Numbered from the stretch's first letter, positions 9,589 to 20,211 are shown. The stretch is DNA of 64,000 nucleotides from an uncultured delta proteobacterium (GCA_963815115.1 CAWFFN010000008.1:480001-544000), one strand, 5' to 3'. Notes: a model not told the origin generated them from the sequence alone. Numbers and translations are program-made.

Positions 9589-11127
9589 GTGGCGCAGCAG
9601 ATACTGATCAACGCGTCCGGATGGGAGACGCGGGTCGCCGTCCTCGACGAGACCGCGCTTCTCGAGCTGTACGTGGAGCGCGGACGCGAGCACGGCATCG
9701 CGGGAAACATCTACAAGGGCAAGGTGATCCGGGTGCTGCCCGGCATGCAGGCCGCCTTCGTCGACGTCGGGCTCGACAAGGCCGCGTTCCTGCACGTCTC
9801 GGATCTGGCCCCACCCGAGGAGCTGGCCGACAACGAGGTCGCCGAGGACCTGCTCGACGAAGGCGACGGCGCGGGGACGTGGGACGCCACCCCACCCGCC
9901 CGCGCCCCGGCGCCGCCCCTTCGCCCGATCGAGGAGCGGCTGTCGAAGGGGGCCGAGCTCATCGTGCAGGTGGCGAAGGAGCCCATCGGCAGCAAGGGGG
10001 CGCGGGTGACCGCCCGCATCTCGCTGCCCGGTCGCTATCTGGTCCTGACACCCGGCGCGCGGCACCTGGGCCTCTCACGCCGCATCGAGGACGTCGAGGA
10101 GCGCGAGCGGTTGCGGACGATCGTCGAGGCGGAGCGCCCCGCCGACGCCGGGCTCATCGTGCGCACCGCCTGCGAGGGCGCGACCAAGCGGGAGATTCGC
10201 GACGACGTGCGCTTCCTCACCCGGCTGTGGGCGCGAATCGGCAAGCTCGCGGCCAAGGAGACCGCGCCCGCCCTGATCCATCAGGACCTGGACCTCGTGC
10301 TGCGGACGGTGCGCGACCTCTTCACCAGCCACGTCGAGCGTCTGAGCATCGACGCCGCGGCGGACCACGCCCGGGTGCTCGAGTTCGTCCAGGCCACGAT
10401 GCCGCGCTTGGCATCGCGGGTGCATCACTACCAGGGCGTCACGCCGATCTTCGAGCAGCACGGCGTGGAGAGCAAGATCGCGCGCGCTCTCGAGCGCCGC
10501 GTGTGGCTCAAGTCGGGCGGGTATCTGGTCATCGAGCAGACCGAGTCGCTGACCGCCATCGACGTCAACACCGGCCGCTACGTCGGCAAGAAGAGTCAGG
10601 AAGAGACCGTCCTCCGCACCAACCTCGAAGCCGCGAAGCAGGTCGTCGCCCAGCTCCGCCTGCGCAACCTGGGCGGCATCATCGTCATCGACTTCATCGA
10701 CATGGAGGAGGCGGCGAATCGCAAGCAGGTCTTCGACCTCCTCCAGGAGTCCGTGCGCACCGACAAGGCGCGCACCAACATCCTGCGTATCTCGGAGCTC
10801 GGCCTGGTCCAGATGACCCGCAAGCGGACGCGCGAGAGCCTGGGACAGCTCCTGTCGAGCCCGTGCCCGCACTGCCAGGGCACGGGCCGGGTGCGATCGG
10901 TCGAGAGCCTCGCCGCGGATGCGCTGCGGCGTGCACAGCACGAAGCGGGCCTGCATCCCGGCACGACCGCCCTCGTGCTGCGGGTGCATCCCGAGGTGGC
11001 GGAGTTTCTCGGCGGACGGCGCGCGCAGAGCATCGGCGAGCTCGAGAGCCTGATCGGCCGCCCGCTCACCGTCGAGGGCGTGCCCGACCTGGGGCGCGGC
11101 GAGGTGGAGATCAGCCACGAGGTGTAG
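9589..11127 (+). CDS. rng: Ribonuclease G (Rne/Rng family)
   Basis: GNIYKGKV.RVLPGMQAAFVD, IDVNTG, LRNLGGIIVIDFIDM, CPHCQGTG. Confidence 0.95.
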   Translation: MAQQILINASGWETRVAVLDETALLELYVERGREHGIAGNIYKGKVIRVLPGMQAAFVDVGLDKAAFLHVSDLAPPEELADNEVAEDLLDEGDGAGTWDATPPARAPAPPLRPIEERLSKGAELIVQVAKEPIGSKGARVTARISLPGRYLVLTPGARHLGLSRRIEDVEERERLRTIVEAERPADAGLIVRTACEGATKREIRDDVRFLTRLWARIGKLAAKETAPALIHQDLDLVLRTVRDLFTSHVERLSIDAAADHARVLEFVQATMPRLASRVHHYQGVTPIFEQHGVESKIARALERRVWLKSGGYLVIEQTESLTAIDVNTGRYVGKKSQEETVLRTNLEAAKQVVAQLRLRNLGGIIVIDFIDMEEAANRKQVFDLLQESVRTDKARTNILRISELGLVQMTRKRTRESLGQLLSSPCPHCQGTGRVRSVESLAADALRRAQHEAGLHPGTTALVLRVHPEVAEFLGGRRAQSIGELESLIGRPLTVEGVPDLGRGEVEISHEV

Positions 11128-12259
11128 CCCGCACCCGGCGCGCAGCGCGGGGAGCGAAGGCGCGAAGCGGCAGGGCGGTGGTGCCGTCCAGGACGAGGTC
11201 GGCGACCGCCGCCGCGACGATCGGCGCGAGCAGGATGCCGCTGCGGTAGAGGCCGGTCGCGTAGAACAGCCCGGGCACGTCGGGTGCCGGCCCGAGGATC
11301 GGCAGCCCGTCGGGCGTGCCGGGGCGCAGCCCGGCGTAGGTGCGCTCCAGACTCGCCGCAGCCAGCCCGGGCGCCATGGCCACGGCCGCCGCCAGCAGCG
11401 CGGCCGCCGCCCCCATCGTCACGCGCTTCTCGAAGCCCGCGCGCTCCCGCGTGCTGCCGAGGAGCACGCGCCCGTCGAGCCGCGGGACGAGATACGCACG
11501 CCGGGAATAGAGCGGCAGCGCGAGGTCGTCGGGGGAGCCGCGCAGCACCAGCATCTGCCCGCGGACGGGGAACACGGGCGGCACGCTCGCGCCTGCAGGC
11601 ACGCCGACGTCCGCCGCCCATGCTCCCGCGGCGTTGACGGCGACGCGGGTCGCGATCGGGCCCTGATCGGTGATGACGGCGCTCAGACGCCCGCCGCGCG
11701 CCCGGACCGCCAGCGCCCCGGTGCGTTCGCGAACGACGACACCGGCGCGGCGCGCGGCGATCCCGGCGGCCACCGCCAGGCGCTCGTTGTTCACGCGATG
11801 GTCGTCCGGGAAGTGGACGGCGAGCCGGACGCGTGGAGCGAGCACCGGGGCGAGGCGGCGCGCGGCCCGCGGCAGGAGACGAGCCACCCGCAGGCCGAGA
11901 CGCTGCTGCCAGGCCGCGCGGGCGGCGAGCACGCGGGCGTCGGCCGCGTCGAGTGCCACGTAGAGGATGCCGTCGGTGCGGTACTCGACGTCGATGCCGC
12001 TCTCGGCCTGCAGGCACTCGACCCAGTCCGGGTACCGCCGCCGGCTCTCGAGCGCCAGGTGGAGCAGCGGCCCCGGTCGCTCGGTCTCCGCCTGCGGCGC
12101 CACCATGCCGGCTGCCGCCCGGCTCGCCTCGGCGCCGAGCTCGCCGCGTTCGACGAGCACGGTGCGCGCTCCGCGGCGCGCCAGCTCGCGTCCCAGGGCA
12201 CATCCGATCAGACCACCGCCGATCACGACGACGTCGGCCGTGCGCTCCCGGGCCGTCAT
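11111..12259 (-). CDS. thiO: Glycine oxidase ThiO-like FAD oxidoreductase
   Basis: VIGGGLIG, EASRAAAGM, PVRGQM, YLVPR.DGR, GLRPGTPD.LP.LG, ATGLYRSGILLAP; ATG at 12259. Confidence 0.85.
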   Translation of the reverse strand: MTARERTADVVVIGGGLIGCALGRELARRGARTVLVERGELGAEASRAAAGMVAPQAETERPGPLLHLALESRRRYPDWVECLQAESGIDVEYRTDGILYVALDAADARVLAARAAWQQRLGLRVARLLPRAARRLAPVLAPRVRLAVHFPDDHRVNNERLAVAAGIAARRAGVVVRERTGALAVRARGGRLSAVITDQGPIATRVAVNAAGAWAADVGVPAGASVPPVFPVRGQMLVLRGSPDDLALPLYSRRAYLVPRLDGRVLLGSTRERAGFEKRVTMGAAAALLAAAVAMAPGLAAASLERTYAGLRPGTPDGLPILGPAPDVPGLFYATGLYRSGILLAPIVAAAVADLVLDGTTALPLRAFAPRAARRVRATPRG

Positions 12260-12286
12260 GCGGTGCAAGGACCGCCGCCAGGCGGG

Positions 12287-12420
12287 CGACTCGAGATTCC
12301 GTCTCGGATCGACACGGAGGGCGAGATTGAGGCTTGCTGGACAGTGCGGCACGGATCCGCCCGATCCACCGAACGCCGCACGCTCGCCTCGCTTTCGCCC
12401 CGAGACGGAGTCTCGGGGCG
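12287..12420. repeat. REPIN/MITE-like palindromic element, copy 2 (short form, ~134 bp)
   Basis: Left CGAGATTCCGTCTCGG followed by GGAGGGCGAG; right CGCCCCGAGAC-GGA-GTCTCGGGGCG; lies between def and thiO. Confidence 0.8.
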
Positions 12421-12425
12421 CGCTC

Positions 12426-12965
12426 CTAGTCCCTGGACGTGAGCCAGTAGCGCTGGAACTCGGGCAGGAAGGTGAGCGTCGCCATGGAGCGCATGCGATC
12501 GAGGTAGACGCGACCGTCCAGGTGGTCGCACTCGTGCTGCACGACCCGGGCGTGGAACCCGTTGGCGGTGAAGCGCAGCGGCCGCCCATCGCGGCCGTAT
12601 GCGTCGACCCGCACGGTGGTGAAGCGCGGCACCATGCCGCGCATGTCCGGCACGCTGAGACAGCCTTCCCAGTCCTCCTCCTGCGCGCCACCGACCGGTG
12701 TGATGGCTGGATTCACCAGCACCGTGAGGGGGACCTCGTCGGCATCGGGATAGCGCGGGTTGGCGTGCACTCCGTAGACCACCACGCGGCGGGAGACGTG
12801 CACCTGCGGCGCCGCCAGGCCGGCCCCATCGTGGTCGTCCATGGTCTCCAGCATGTCGTCGATCAGCTGCTGGATCTCGGGCGCGAGGATGGCCTCCGGC
12901 GAGACGGGCTCGGCGATCCGCCGAAGCACCGGATGGCCCAGACGGGCGACCTTGAGCACGGCCAT
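12426..12965 (-). CDS. def: Peptide deformylase
   Basis: GAGLAAPQ, EGCLS and QHECDHLDG motifs. Confidence 0.95.
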   Translation of the reverse strand: MAVLKVARLGHPVLRRIAEPVSPEAILAPEIQQLIDDMLETMDDHDGAGLAAPQVHVSRRVVVYGVHANPRYPDADEVPLTVLVNPAITPVGGAQEEDWEGCLSVPDMRGMVPRFTTVRVDAYGRDGRPLRFTANGFHARVVQHECDHLDGRVYLDRMRSMATLTFLPEFQRYWLTSRD

Positions 12966-13054
12966 GGGTCTCGTCTCGCAGATCGGTCGTGGGCACGCAA
13001 GCCAGCGCACACGTTGACGGCGCCGTCACGCCGTCCTATGCGGGCGCCGCCGCC

Positions 13055-13681
13055 GTGGCCTTCGCCGCAGTCGTCGACGCGCTCCTGATCGCTGCCTGGA
13101 TCGCCCTGGCAGCCGACAACCTCCGGCTCGCCCGCCGCGAGCGGGCCGCGCGCCAGCGGCTGGGACCCGTGGTTCGTGGCGGCTCCGGGCCGGGGTTCGC
13201 CGTCCGGCTCGGCGTCCTGATCGTGCTGCTGGGATGCGGCGCGCTTCTCGAGCGGCGCACCGGCGGGCGGCTCGCGTTTCATCCGGTCGCGGCGGCCGTC
13301 GGGGTCGCCCTCGCCGTCTCGGGCGTCGCCCTCCATCTCCGTGCGCGACGGGCTCTCGGGCCGTTCTGGTCGGGACCGGTCGCGGTCCGCGCCGGTCACG
13401 CGGTGGTGACGAGCGGCCCGTACGCCCTCGTGCGCCATCCGCTCTACCTGGCCGTGCTGCTGCTCGCCGCCGGCACGGTCCTCGCGCACCCGTCACTCGC
13501 CACGGTGTGCATCGCGGCCGGGCTCTCCGTCGGAATCGGACGCAAGATGCCCGCCGAGGAGCGCGCGCTGCGCGCCATCTGCGGCGAGGCGTACGCCCGC
13601 TATGCCAGCGAGGTGCCCGCGCTGATCCCGCGTCCGTCGCGGCTGCGGGACGCGCTGGTCAGCGCCGGATCGCGTCGATGA
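13055..13681 (+). CDS. Isoprenylcysteine carboxyl methyltransferase / PEMT-family membrane protein
   Basis: ALGPFWS, VTSGPYALVRHPLY, EERAL...YARY; GTG start chosen because TTGACG-N17-TATGCG (13014-13042) lies just upstream. Confidence 0.8.
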   Translation: MAFAAVVDALLIAAWIALAADNLRLARRERAARQRLGPVVRGGSGPGFAVRLGVLIVLLGCGALLERRTGGRLAFHPVAAAVGVALAVSGVALHLRARRALGPFWSGPVAVRAGHAVVTSGPYALVRHPLYLAVLLLAAGTVLAHPSLATVCIAAGLSVGIGRKMPAEERALRAICGEAYARYASEVPALIPRPSRLRDALVSAGSRR

Positions 13682-14678
13682 GCTCGCGGCGGGCCGTCTC
13701 GTCCGCCGGGAGCGAGCCCGGGAGGGCGTAGAATCCCAGGCGATCGATCACGCCGGTGTACTTCTTGCGCAGCAGGTCGGGGAGCTCGTCGTACGTTCCC
13801 TGCACCGCGTAGACGTCGAGCATCTCGTCCGTGATCAGGGAACCCATGCCCCCCCAGTCCCCCTTGGCGGCCTTCTCGTTCAGGCGATGGCAGGTCTCAC
13901 CCCAGCCGTGCGCCTCGAGAACGCCGATGTAGGTGCGAGTCGAGGCGTAGAAGGCGAGCTGCGTGCGCACCGGGTTCTTGGCCCGCTCGAGATCGTCACG
14001 CGTCGGGCCGGTGATCACAAAAGCGGTGGTGGCGAGCGTCAGGTCCTTGCGGGTCCGCTTCGACTTCGCCAGGCCCGTCTCCATGTTCGGCATGAGCGTC
14101 TCGCGCAGGTACTTGATGGAGTGGAAGGGATGCACGTGGATGCCGTCGCACAGCTCGCCGGCGAGCCGACACATGTAGGGGTTCACCGCCGCGATGTAGA
14201 TCGGCACGTGCGGCCAGTCGTGCGGCCCCGGGGCGAAGAACGGCGTCATCAGGCTGAAGCGGTAGTACGTGCCCTCGAAGCCCGGACGCGTGCCGTTCTG
14301 CCACACGTCCCAGATGTGGCGGAGGAGCTGGATCATCTCGCGCAGGCGCGGGCCAGGCGGCATCCACGGGGTGGAGTAGCGCCGCTCGTTGTGACCCTTC
14401 ACCTGCGTCCCGAGCCCGAGCACGAAGCGCCCGCGTGACGCCGCCTGGAGGTCCCAGGCGATCTGGGCATGCACCAGCGGGCTGCGCGGGAAGGCGACGG
14501 CGATGTTGGTGCCGATGGTGATCCGCTCCGTCGCGGTCGCCGCGAGGGCGCAGGGCAGGTACGGATCGTGGCCCGCCTCGGCGGTCCACAGGCCGTCGTA
14601 TCCGAAGCGCTCGGCGTCCCCTGCTTGCTGCGCGGCGTGACGCAGATCGGCCGATAGGACAGCGGTGTCGACCAGCAT
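13659..14678 (-). CDS. LLM-class, probably F420-dependent oxidoreductase (TIGR03617-like)
   Basis: AEAGHDP, IAVAFPRSP, LGLGTQVKGHNERRY, FSLMTPFF, FYASTRTY. Confidence 0.85.
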   Translation of the reverse strand: MLVDTAVLSADLRHAAQQAGDAERFGYDGLWTAEAGHDPYLPCALAATATERITIGTNIAVAFPRSPLVHAQIAWDLQAASRGRFVLGLGTQVKGHNERRYSTPWMPPGPRLREMIQLLRHIWDVWQNGTRPGFEGTYYRFSLMTPFFAPGPHDWPHVPIYIAAVNPYMCRLAGELCDGIHVHPFHSIKYLRETLMPNMETGLAKSKRTRKDLTLATTAFVITGPTRDDLERAKNPVRTQLAFYASTRTYIGVLEAHGWGETCHRLNEKAAKGDWGGMGSLITDEMLDVYAVQGTYDELPDLLRKKYTGVIDRLGFYALPGSLPADETARRELIDAIRR

Positions 14679-14710
14679 GGGCCCTGGGTACGCGACCGGC
14701 GCGGGTGCGG

Positions 14711-15583
14711 TCAAGAACGCGGCCGCGGGTCGAGGGCGGTCACCAGCGCCTGGGTGCCGAGGGAGCCGCCGCCGCGCGCCTCGACCAGGGCGAGGAGCTG
14801 GTGCACCACCGCCGTCGCCGGCAGCGGGACGCCGAGCGACGACGCCGCCGCCAGCGCCAGGCGGAGATCCTTCTGCTGCAGCCGGACCATGAAGCCCGGC
14901 GCGAAGTCGTCCTTCTGCATGCGGGGCCCGAGGTTGGAGAGCTGCCAGGAGGCGGCGGCGCCGCTCCCGACGGCGTCGATCACCGCGCCCGGCTCGAGAC
15001 CCGCGCGGGCCGCCAGCAGCAGTCCCTCGGCGACCGCGGCGAGCGTCGTCGCGCCCACCACCTGGTTGACCAGCTTCGTCATCTGACCCTGGCCCGGACC
15101 GCCCATGTGGGTCACCTTGCGGCCGATGGCGTCGAGCACCGGGCGGGCGCGGGCCACGGCCGCGGCGTCTCCGCCGACCATGATCGACAGGGTGCCGTCG
15201 ATGGCGCCCTGCTGGCCCCCGGACACCGGCGCGTCCAGGAAGTCGACGCCCGCCGCCGCCGCGCGCTCCGCGAGCCCCCGGGCCACGTCCGGCGCGATCG
15301 TGCTGGTGTCGATCACCAGCAGTCGCGGCGAGGCGCCGGCGAGGACGCCGTCGGGGCCCGCCACCACCTGCTCCACGTCCGGCCCGTCGGGCAGCGAGGT
15401 GACGACGGCGTCGACGACCGACGCCACCGCGGCCGGCGACCGCGCCGCAGTCGCGCCGAGCTCGACCAGCGGCTCGATCCGCGCCCGGCTGCGGCCGTGG
15501 ACGACCACCTCGTGCCCCGCCCGCAGGAGGTTGCGCGCCATCGGCGCGCCCATGATTCCGAGGCCGATGACGCCGACTCGCAT
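14711..15583 (-). CDS. Beta-hydroxyacid dehydrogenase (GarR/3-hydroxyisobutyrate dehydrogenase family)
   Basis: GVIGLGIMGAPMA, DAPVSGG, GTLSIMVGG, KLVNQ, F.PGF....QKDL. Confidence 0.88.
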   Translation of the reverse strand: MRVGVIGLGIMGAPMARNLLRAGHEVVVHGRSRARIEPLVELGATAARSPAAVASVVDAVVTSLPDGPDVEQVVAGPDGVLAGASPRLLVIDTSTIAPDVARGLAERAAAAGVDFLDAPVSGGQQGAIDGTLSIMVGGDAAAVARARPVLDAIGRKVTHMGGPGQGQMTKLVNQVVGATTLAAVAEGLLLAARAGLEPGAVIDAVGSGAAASWQLSNLGPRMQKDDFAPGFMVRLQQKDLRLALAAASSLGVPLPATAVVHQLLALVEARGGGSLGTQALVTALDPRPRS

Positions 15584-15595
15584 CCGGCGAGTATC

Positions 15596-16960
15596 TCAGA
15601 ACCTGACCTGGCCCTCCAGCTGGACGCGGAACAGTGTCGGGTTGGTCGTCATCGCCGGCGCCGTGATGTAGTTGGTGATGTAGGTCCGTGCGCTGACCGT
15701 GAGCGGATCGAGGAGCTGGTACTGCGCCTCGAACACCGGCCCCTGCTGGTTGGTACCGCCGGGGCCGAAGTCGCTCCAGGCGAAGGAGGAGATGACGGCC
15801 TCCTGCCCGAGGTACTCGTAGAGCGCCGACAGCGCCCAGTCGCCGCGCACCTTCGGCTGCCCGAACTTGACCCCGCCCTGGATGCCCGTAGCCTTCGTGC
15901 TACCGGCCTGCCAGTTGTAGACGTAGTCGAGCCAGAACTTGAGCGGCATCGTCTCGACGACGTCGGGCAGCGTCGCGGCGAAGGTGAGCTGGGTCTCGTT
16001 GAACGCCCCCACGTACCCCGTGACCTGGCTCTTCCCGTTCACCTCTTCCGTCGTCACCAGGTTGGAGTTGAAGAGCGCCGTGTTGGTGTTGAGGGCCGTG
16101 GCGACGAAGTTGGGATTGAGCCACCACCACTGCGCGACGCCGCCCTCGAGCAGAACCGGTCCCGCGTGAGCGATCGGGTTCACCTGGCCGCCGAACATCC
16201 AGCCGTCCTGCGCGTTGGACACCTCGGAGAAGGTCCACTGCTCGGCCCAGACGCGCACCTGGTCGAGCGGGCCGACCTTGTCGGGCAGGAGCTGGTACAT
16301 CTGGCTGAAGCCCTCGACCGAGAGGTCGTCATCCCAGACCATCTCGCCCACCCGGAACTGCGGCGGCTGGAACTTGCCGAAGAGCAGGTTGACGGCACCG
16401 GGCCGGATCCCGAAGGTCTTCCCCGGGTTGAGGGCGATGTACGCCCAGTCGAGGTTGATGGGCTTGCGGGTGAACTCGTCGGTGAGGGTCTGGTTGGTCG
16501 AGATCGGATCGTTGGGATTGCCGCTCGCCAGCCGGATGGTCGCGGCCAGCTCGTCGCTGTAGCGGAAGGTCGCCCCGATGCGGGCCCGGATCCGCTCCCG
16601 GTTGCGCGCCGTCACGACCGCGCCCTCGCCGTGCGGCTGGTTGTAGAAGCCCTCGTGGCGAAAGCGAATGTCACCGAAGAGGGAGATCTTGTCCACCCAC
16701 TTGGAGGCGTCCGACCTGCCCTTCTGTGCCGTCTCGACGGCGGTGGCCTTCTGGTCGGCCTGGTCGGCCTGCTTCTGCGTTGCCTGTCCGACCGCACGCT
16801 GCTGATTCAGCTCCTGACGGAGCTGGTGGATCTCCTCCTGCTGGCGGCGCATGGCATCCTCCAGCATGCGGATGCGCTGCGAGTCCGACATCCCGGCCGC
16901 CAGGCCCGGAGCAACCAGCCACAGCAACCCTGCAGACAAGCCCACCGCGTACGACCGCAT
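15596..16960 (-). CDS. Putative outer-membrane porin with N-terminal coiled coil
   Basis: Signal peptide, Q/E-rich coiled coil, GDIRFRHE, R.R.RIRAR, DWAY, C-terminal F; divergent from pstS. Confidence 0.8.
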   Translation of the reverse strand: MRSYAVGLSAGLLWLVAPGLAAGMSDSQRIRMLEDAMRRQQEEIHQLRQELNQQRAVGQATQKQADQADQKATAVETAQKGRSDASKWVDKISLFGDIRFRHEGFYNQPHGEGAVVTARNRERIRARIGATFRYSDELAATIRLASGNPNDPISTNQTLTDEFTRKPINLDWAYIALNPGKTFGIRPGAVNLLFGKFQPPQFRVGEMVWDDDLSVEGFSQMYQLLPDKVGPLDQVRVWAEQWTFSEVSNAQDGWMFGGQVNPIAHAGPVLLEGGVAQWWWLNPNFVATALNTNTALFNSNLVTTEEVNGKSQVTGYVGAFNETQLTFAATLPDVVETMPLKFWLDYVYNWQAGSTKATGIQGGVKFGQPKVRGDWALSALYEYLGQEAVISSFAWSDFGPGGTNQQGPVFEAQYQLLDPLTVSARTYITNYITAPAMTTNPTLFRVQLEGQVRF

Positions 16961-17053
16961 CGACGCCCCCTTAGTCCGGTAGCCTGGGCCATTTGCAAAA
17001 AACCGCATCGCCTGTCGAGTGGCGAAGCCCCTGAAATCGTTGGATGCCACGGA

Positions 17054-17082
17054 GATTCATCGTCTCGTAACACTTTCGTAAC
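17054..17082. promoter_or_regulatory. Candidate Pho box between porin and pstS
   Basis: gaTTCAT-cgtc-tcGTAAC-actt-tcGTAAC: half-sites with 11-bp period. Confidence 0.6.
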
Positions 17083-17226
17083 TTCCTCCCCGTAGACGCG
17101 GGCAGGGCCTTCGGAGAATCATCCCGCCGACGCGAGAGCGTAACGGGCGGGTGCTACCCTCGCGGGATTCCTCCGTGAGCACGAGCGCGGGCTCGAGCGC
17201 GCGGGAACCTGGGGCAAGGAGAAGAG

Positions 17227-18255
17227 ATGCGGCGACGACGGTTCCTTCTGAGCGTGCTCACGGCCGTGGTGGCCGTGGGTGGGACGATGGCCAGCGCGGC
17301 GCTCCTCATCAACGGAGCCGGGGCCACCTTCCCGTATCCCATCTACTCGAAATGGTTCGACGAGTTCCGCAAGCAGTACCCGGCGGCCGAGATCAACTAT
17401 CAGTCGATCGGCAGCGGCGGCGGCATCCGCCAGGTGCTCGAGGGCACGGTCGACTTCGGCGCCACCGACGGCCCGATGACCGAGGAGCAGCTCGGCCAGG
17501 CGAAGACGCCCATTCTCCATCTCCCGACCGTGCTCGGCGCCGTGGTCGCCACGTACAACCTTCCCGGCGTCGAGAAGCTCAAGTTCAGCCCGGAGGCCCT
17601 GGCGGGGATATTCCTCGGCAAGGTGCAGGTGTGGAACGATCCGCTGATCGCCAAGGAGAACCCGGGGGTCAAGCTGCCGGCCACCGCCATCGTGCCGGTC
17701 CACCGCTCCGACGGCAGCGGCACCTCGTTCGTGTTCACCGACTACCTCTCGAAGGTGAGCCCCGAGTGGGAGAAGGGGGTCGGGCGGGGCACCTCGGTCA
17801 ACTGGCCGGTGGGCATCGGCGGCAAGGGCAACGAGGGCGTGACCGGCCTCGTCAAGCAGACGCCGAACAGCATCGGCTACGTCGAGCTGGTGTACACGCT
17901 GCAGAACAAGCTGCCGTACGCCGAGATCCGCAACCGGACCGGCCGGTACGTCGCGCCCACCCTCGAGAGCGTCACGGCGGCCGCTTCGGCGGCGGCGGCC
18001 AAGATGCCCGAGGACTTCCGGGTATCGATCACCGACCCCGCGGCCGCCGAAGCCTATCCCATCTCGAGCTTCACCTGGCTGCTGATCCCGACCCGGATCG
18101 CCGACAAGGGCAAGGGCGAGGCCATCAAGCGCTTCCTCGACTGGATGCTGACGCAGGGCCAGAGCATGGCCGCCCCGCTCAACTATGCGCCGCTGCCGCC
18201 CGCCGTCGTCGAGATGGAGAAGCGGGCGCTGGACCGCATCACGGTGGGAGGCTAG
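17227..18255 (+). CDS. pstS: Phosphate ABC transporter substrate-binding protein
   Basis: GAGATFPYP, YQSIGSGGG, VDFGATD, RSDGSGT, GKGNEGV, AYPISSFTW. Confidence 0.97.
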   Translation: MRRRRFLLSVLTAVVAVGGTMASAALLINGAGATFPYPIYSKWFDEFRKQYPAAEINYQSIGSGGGIRQVLEGTVDFGATDGPMTEEQLGQAKTPILHLPTVLGAVVATYNLPGVEKLKFSPEALAGIFLGKVQVWNDPLIAKENPGVKLPATAIVPVHRSDGSGTSFVFTDYLSKVSPEWEKGVGRGTSVNWPVGIGGKGNEGVTGLVKQTPNSIGYVELVYTLQNKLPYAEIRNRTGRYVAPTLESVTAAASAAAAKMPEDFRVSITDPAAAEAYPISSFTWLLIPTRIADKGKGEAIKRFLDWMLTQGQSMAAPLNYAPLPPAVVEMEKRALDRITVGG

Positions 18256-18294
18256 GCCGCCACGAGCCACGTCGGGTCCATCCCGCCGCACCCG

Positions 18295-19323
18295 GTGCGC
18301 ACGGGCGTCCCACCGAAGCGGCCCGCGGTCAACGGTCGTGCCCAGGTGCCGCCTCCGGGTGCCGATCGACCAGCGTCACGCTCGCTGCCGAGGCCCGCAT
18401 GGCGGCGGCCCTCCCGCCTCGCAGACCTCGGGTTCCGCGGCCTGGCCGCAGGATTCGCGCTCTCGGTGCTCGCGATCACGGCGACCGTCGGGATCATTCT
18501 CTGGATCGACTCGGCGCTGGCGCGGGCCACGTTCGGCTGGTCGTTCCTGTGGACCTCGACCTGGGATCCGGTCGCGCTGCACTTCGGCGCCCTCCCCTTC
18601 ATCTACGGCACGCTCGTCAGCTCGCTGATCGCGCTCGTCATCGCCGTCCCGCTCGGAGTCGGAGCCGCGATCTGCCTGTCCGAGCTGCTTCCCGTCCGGA
18701 TCGCGGATCCGGCCACCTTTCTCATCGAGCTGCTGGTGGCGGTGCCGAGCGTGGTCTACGGCCTGGTCGGGGTCTTCGTCCTGGTCCCGATCGTTCGCAA
18801 CGTGGGCGGCGTCGTGAGCTCGTGGCTCGGATGGATTCCGCTCTTCGCGGGGCCGGTGTACGGCATCGGTCTGCTCACCGCCGGCGTGCTGCTCGCGGTC
18901 ATGATCGTTCCCTTTATCGTCGCGATCTCGCGGGAGGTGCTGCTCGCGGTGCCGCACTCGCAGCGCGACGCGGCCCTCGCCCTCGGGGCGACCCGGTGGG
19001 AGACGGTCTGGCACGTCGTCCTGCCGTATGCCCGCTCCGGGATCATGGGCTCGGTGATCCTCGCCCTCGCGAGAGCGCTCGGCGAGACCATGGCGGTGAC
19101 GATGGTCATCGGGAACCGACCCGAGATCGCCGCGTCCCTCTTCGCGCCGGCATACAGCATGGCCGCCGTGATCGCCAACGAGTTCGCCGAGGCGACGGGC
19201 CGGCTGTACGTCTCGGCGCTCATCGAGGTGGCCCTCGTGCTGTTCGGCATCACCATCGTGGTGAACGCGCTCGCGCGGCTGCTGATCGCGGGCATGGGCG
19301 CGCGAGGAACGTCCGTCGCATGA
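18295..19323 (+). CDS. pstC: Phosphate ABC transporter permease PstC
   Basis: WDPV...FGALPFIYGT, AVPSVVYG, ALGATRWE, RALGETMAV; start uncertain. Confidence 0.95.
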   Translation: MRTGVPPKRPAVNGRAQVPPPGADRPASRSLPRPAWRRPSRLADLGFRGLAAGFALSVLAITATVGIILWIDSALARATFGWSFLWTSTWDPVALHFGALPFIYGTLVSSLIALVIAVPLGVGAAICLSELLPVRIADPATFLIELLVAVPSVVYGLVGVFVLVPIVRNVGGVVSSWLGWIPLFAGPVYGIGLLTAGVLLAVMIVPFIVAISREVLLAVPHSQRDAALALGATRWETVWHVVLPYARSGIMGSVILALARALGETMAVTMVIGNRPEIAASLFAPAYSMAAVIANEFAEATGRLYVSALIEVALVLFGITIVVNALARLLIAGMGARGTSVA

Positions 19324-20177
19324 CCGTCGGCTCGTATCGTCGCCGGCGGCTCGTCGAGCGGATCATGTTCGGCGCCACCGGGCTCGCCGCCGCGGCGACC
19401 CTCGGCGTGCTCGTCTTCCTGCTCGGCTACATCGCCTACCAGGGCGCGTCGTCGGTGTCGCCCAGCTTCTTCTTGAACCTGCCTGCCCCCGTCGGCGAGA
19501 CCGGGGGCGGAATGGCGAACGCCATCGTCGGGAGCGCGAAGCTCCTTCTCTGTGCAGCGCTGGTCGGCATCCCGGTGGGCTTCCTGGGCGGCATCTATCT
19601 CGCCGAGTACGGCCGGGGGTCGATCGCCTCGACCATCCGCTTCGCCGCCGACGTGCTCAACGGCGTGCCGTCGATCGTCCTCGGCGTGACGGTCTATGGC
19701 CTCGTCGTGCTGCCGACCGGCCATTTCTCGACGCTCGCGGGCGGCGTGGCCCTCGCCCTCATCATGATCCCGGTGACCCTGCGCGCGACGGAGGAGTTCC
19801 TCCGCATCGTCCCCGACTCGCTGCGCGAGGCCTCCCTGGCGCTCGGCGCTCCGCAGTGGGTGACCATCGTGCGGGTGGTGATCCCGGCCGGGCTGCGCGG
19901 CATCGTGGCCGGCATCCTGCTCTCCCTCGCACGCGTGGCGGGGGAGACGGCCCCGCTCCTCTTCACCGCCTTCAGCAACCGGTACTGGAGCGAGGGGTGG
20001 TTGCAGCCGACGGCGTCGCTGCCGGTCATGATCTTCACGTACGCCATCGCGCCCTATGACGACTGGCACCGGCAGGCCTGGGCCGCGGCCCTCGTCCTGC
20101 TCACGCTGGTGCTCGGGGCGAACGTCTTCGCCCGCCTCGTCTTGCGGCGAGGCACCGCTCTGGGTAGAGCCTCCTGA
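19320..20177 (+). CDS. pstA: Phosphate ABC transporter permease PstA
   Basis: [35 protein letters not shown]; ATG overlaps the pstC stop. Confidence 0.95.
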   Translation: MTVGSYRRRRLVERIMFGATGLAAAATLGVLVFLLGYIAYQGASSVSPSFFLNLPAPVGETGGGMANAIVGSAKLLLCAALVGIPVGFLGGIYLAEYGRGSIASTIRFAADVLNGVPSIVLGVTVYGLVVLPTGHFSTLAGGVALALIMIPVTLRATEEFLRIVPDSLREASLALGAPQWVTIVRVVIPAGLRGIVAGILLSLARVAGETAPLLFTAFSNRYWSEGWLQPTASLPVMIFTYAIAPYDDWHRQAWAAALVLLTLVLGANVFARLVLRRGTALGRAS

Positions 20178-20211
20178 GCAGGGCACGCGAGTGGCAGCCG
20201 TGCCGTCAGCC

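Noticed and set aside
6721-10065. Very long antisense or alternate-frame ORFs (also 14705..17095 +, 26777..29923 -, 35212..37128 +, 51505..54879 +, 8334..11249 +)
   Set aside because: They shadow well-supported genes, carry no recognisable motifs, and are expected from stop-codon scarcity at high GC.
6739-11127. TIGR03960-TIGR03936 fusion next to rng as a novel system
   Set aside because: This fusion and neighbourhood are already known, although the function is unresolved.
16985-17050. Sigma54 promoter for the porin (TTGCA and TGGCAT present)
   Set aside because: The GG-N10-GC spacing is not satisfied.
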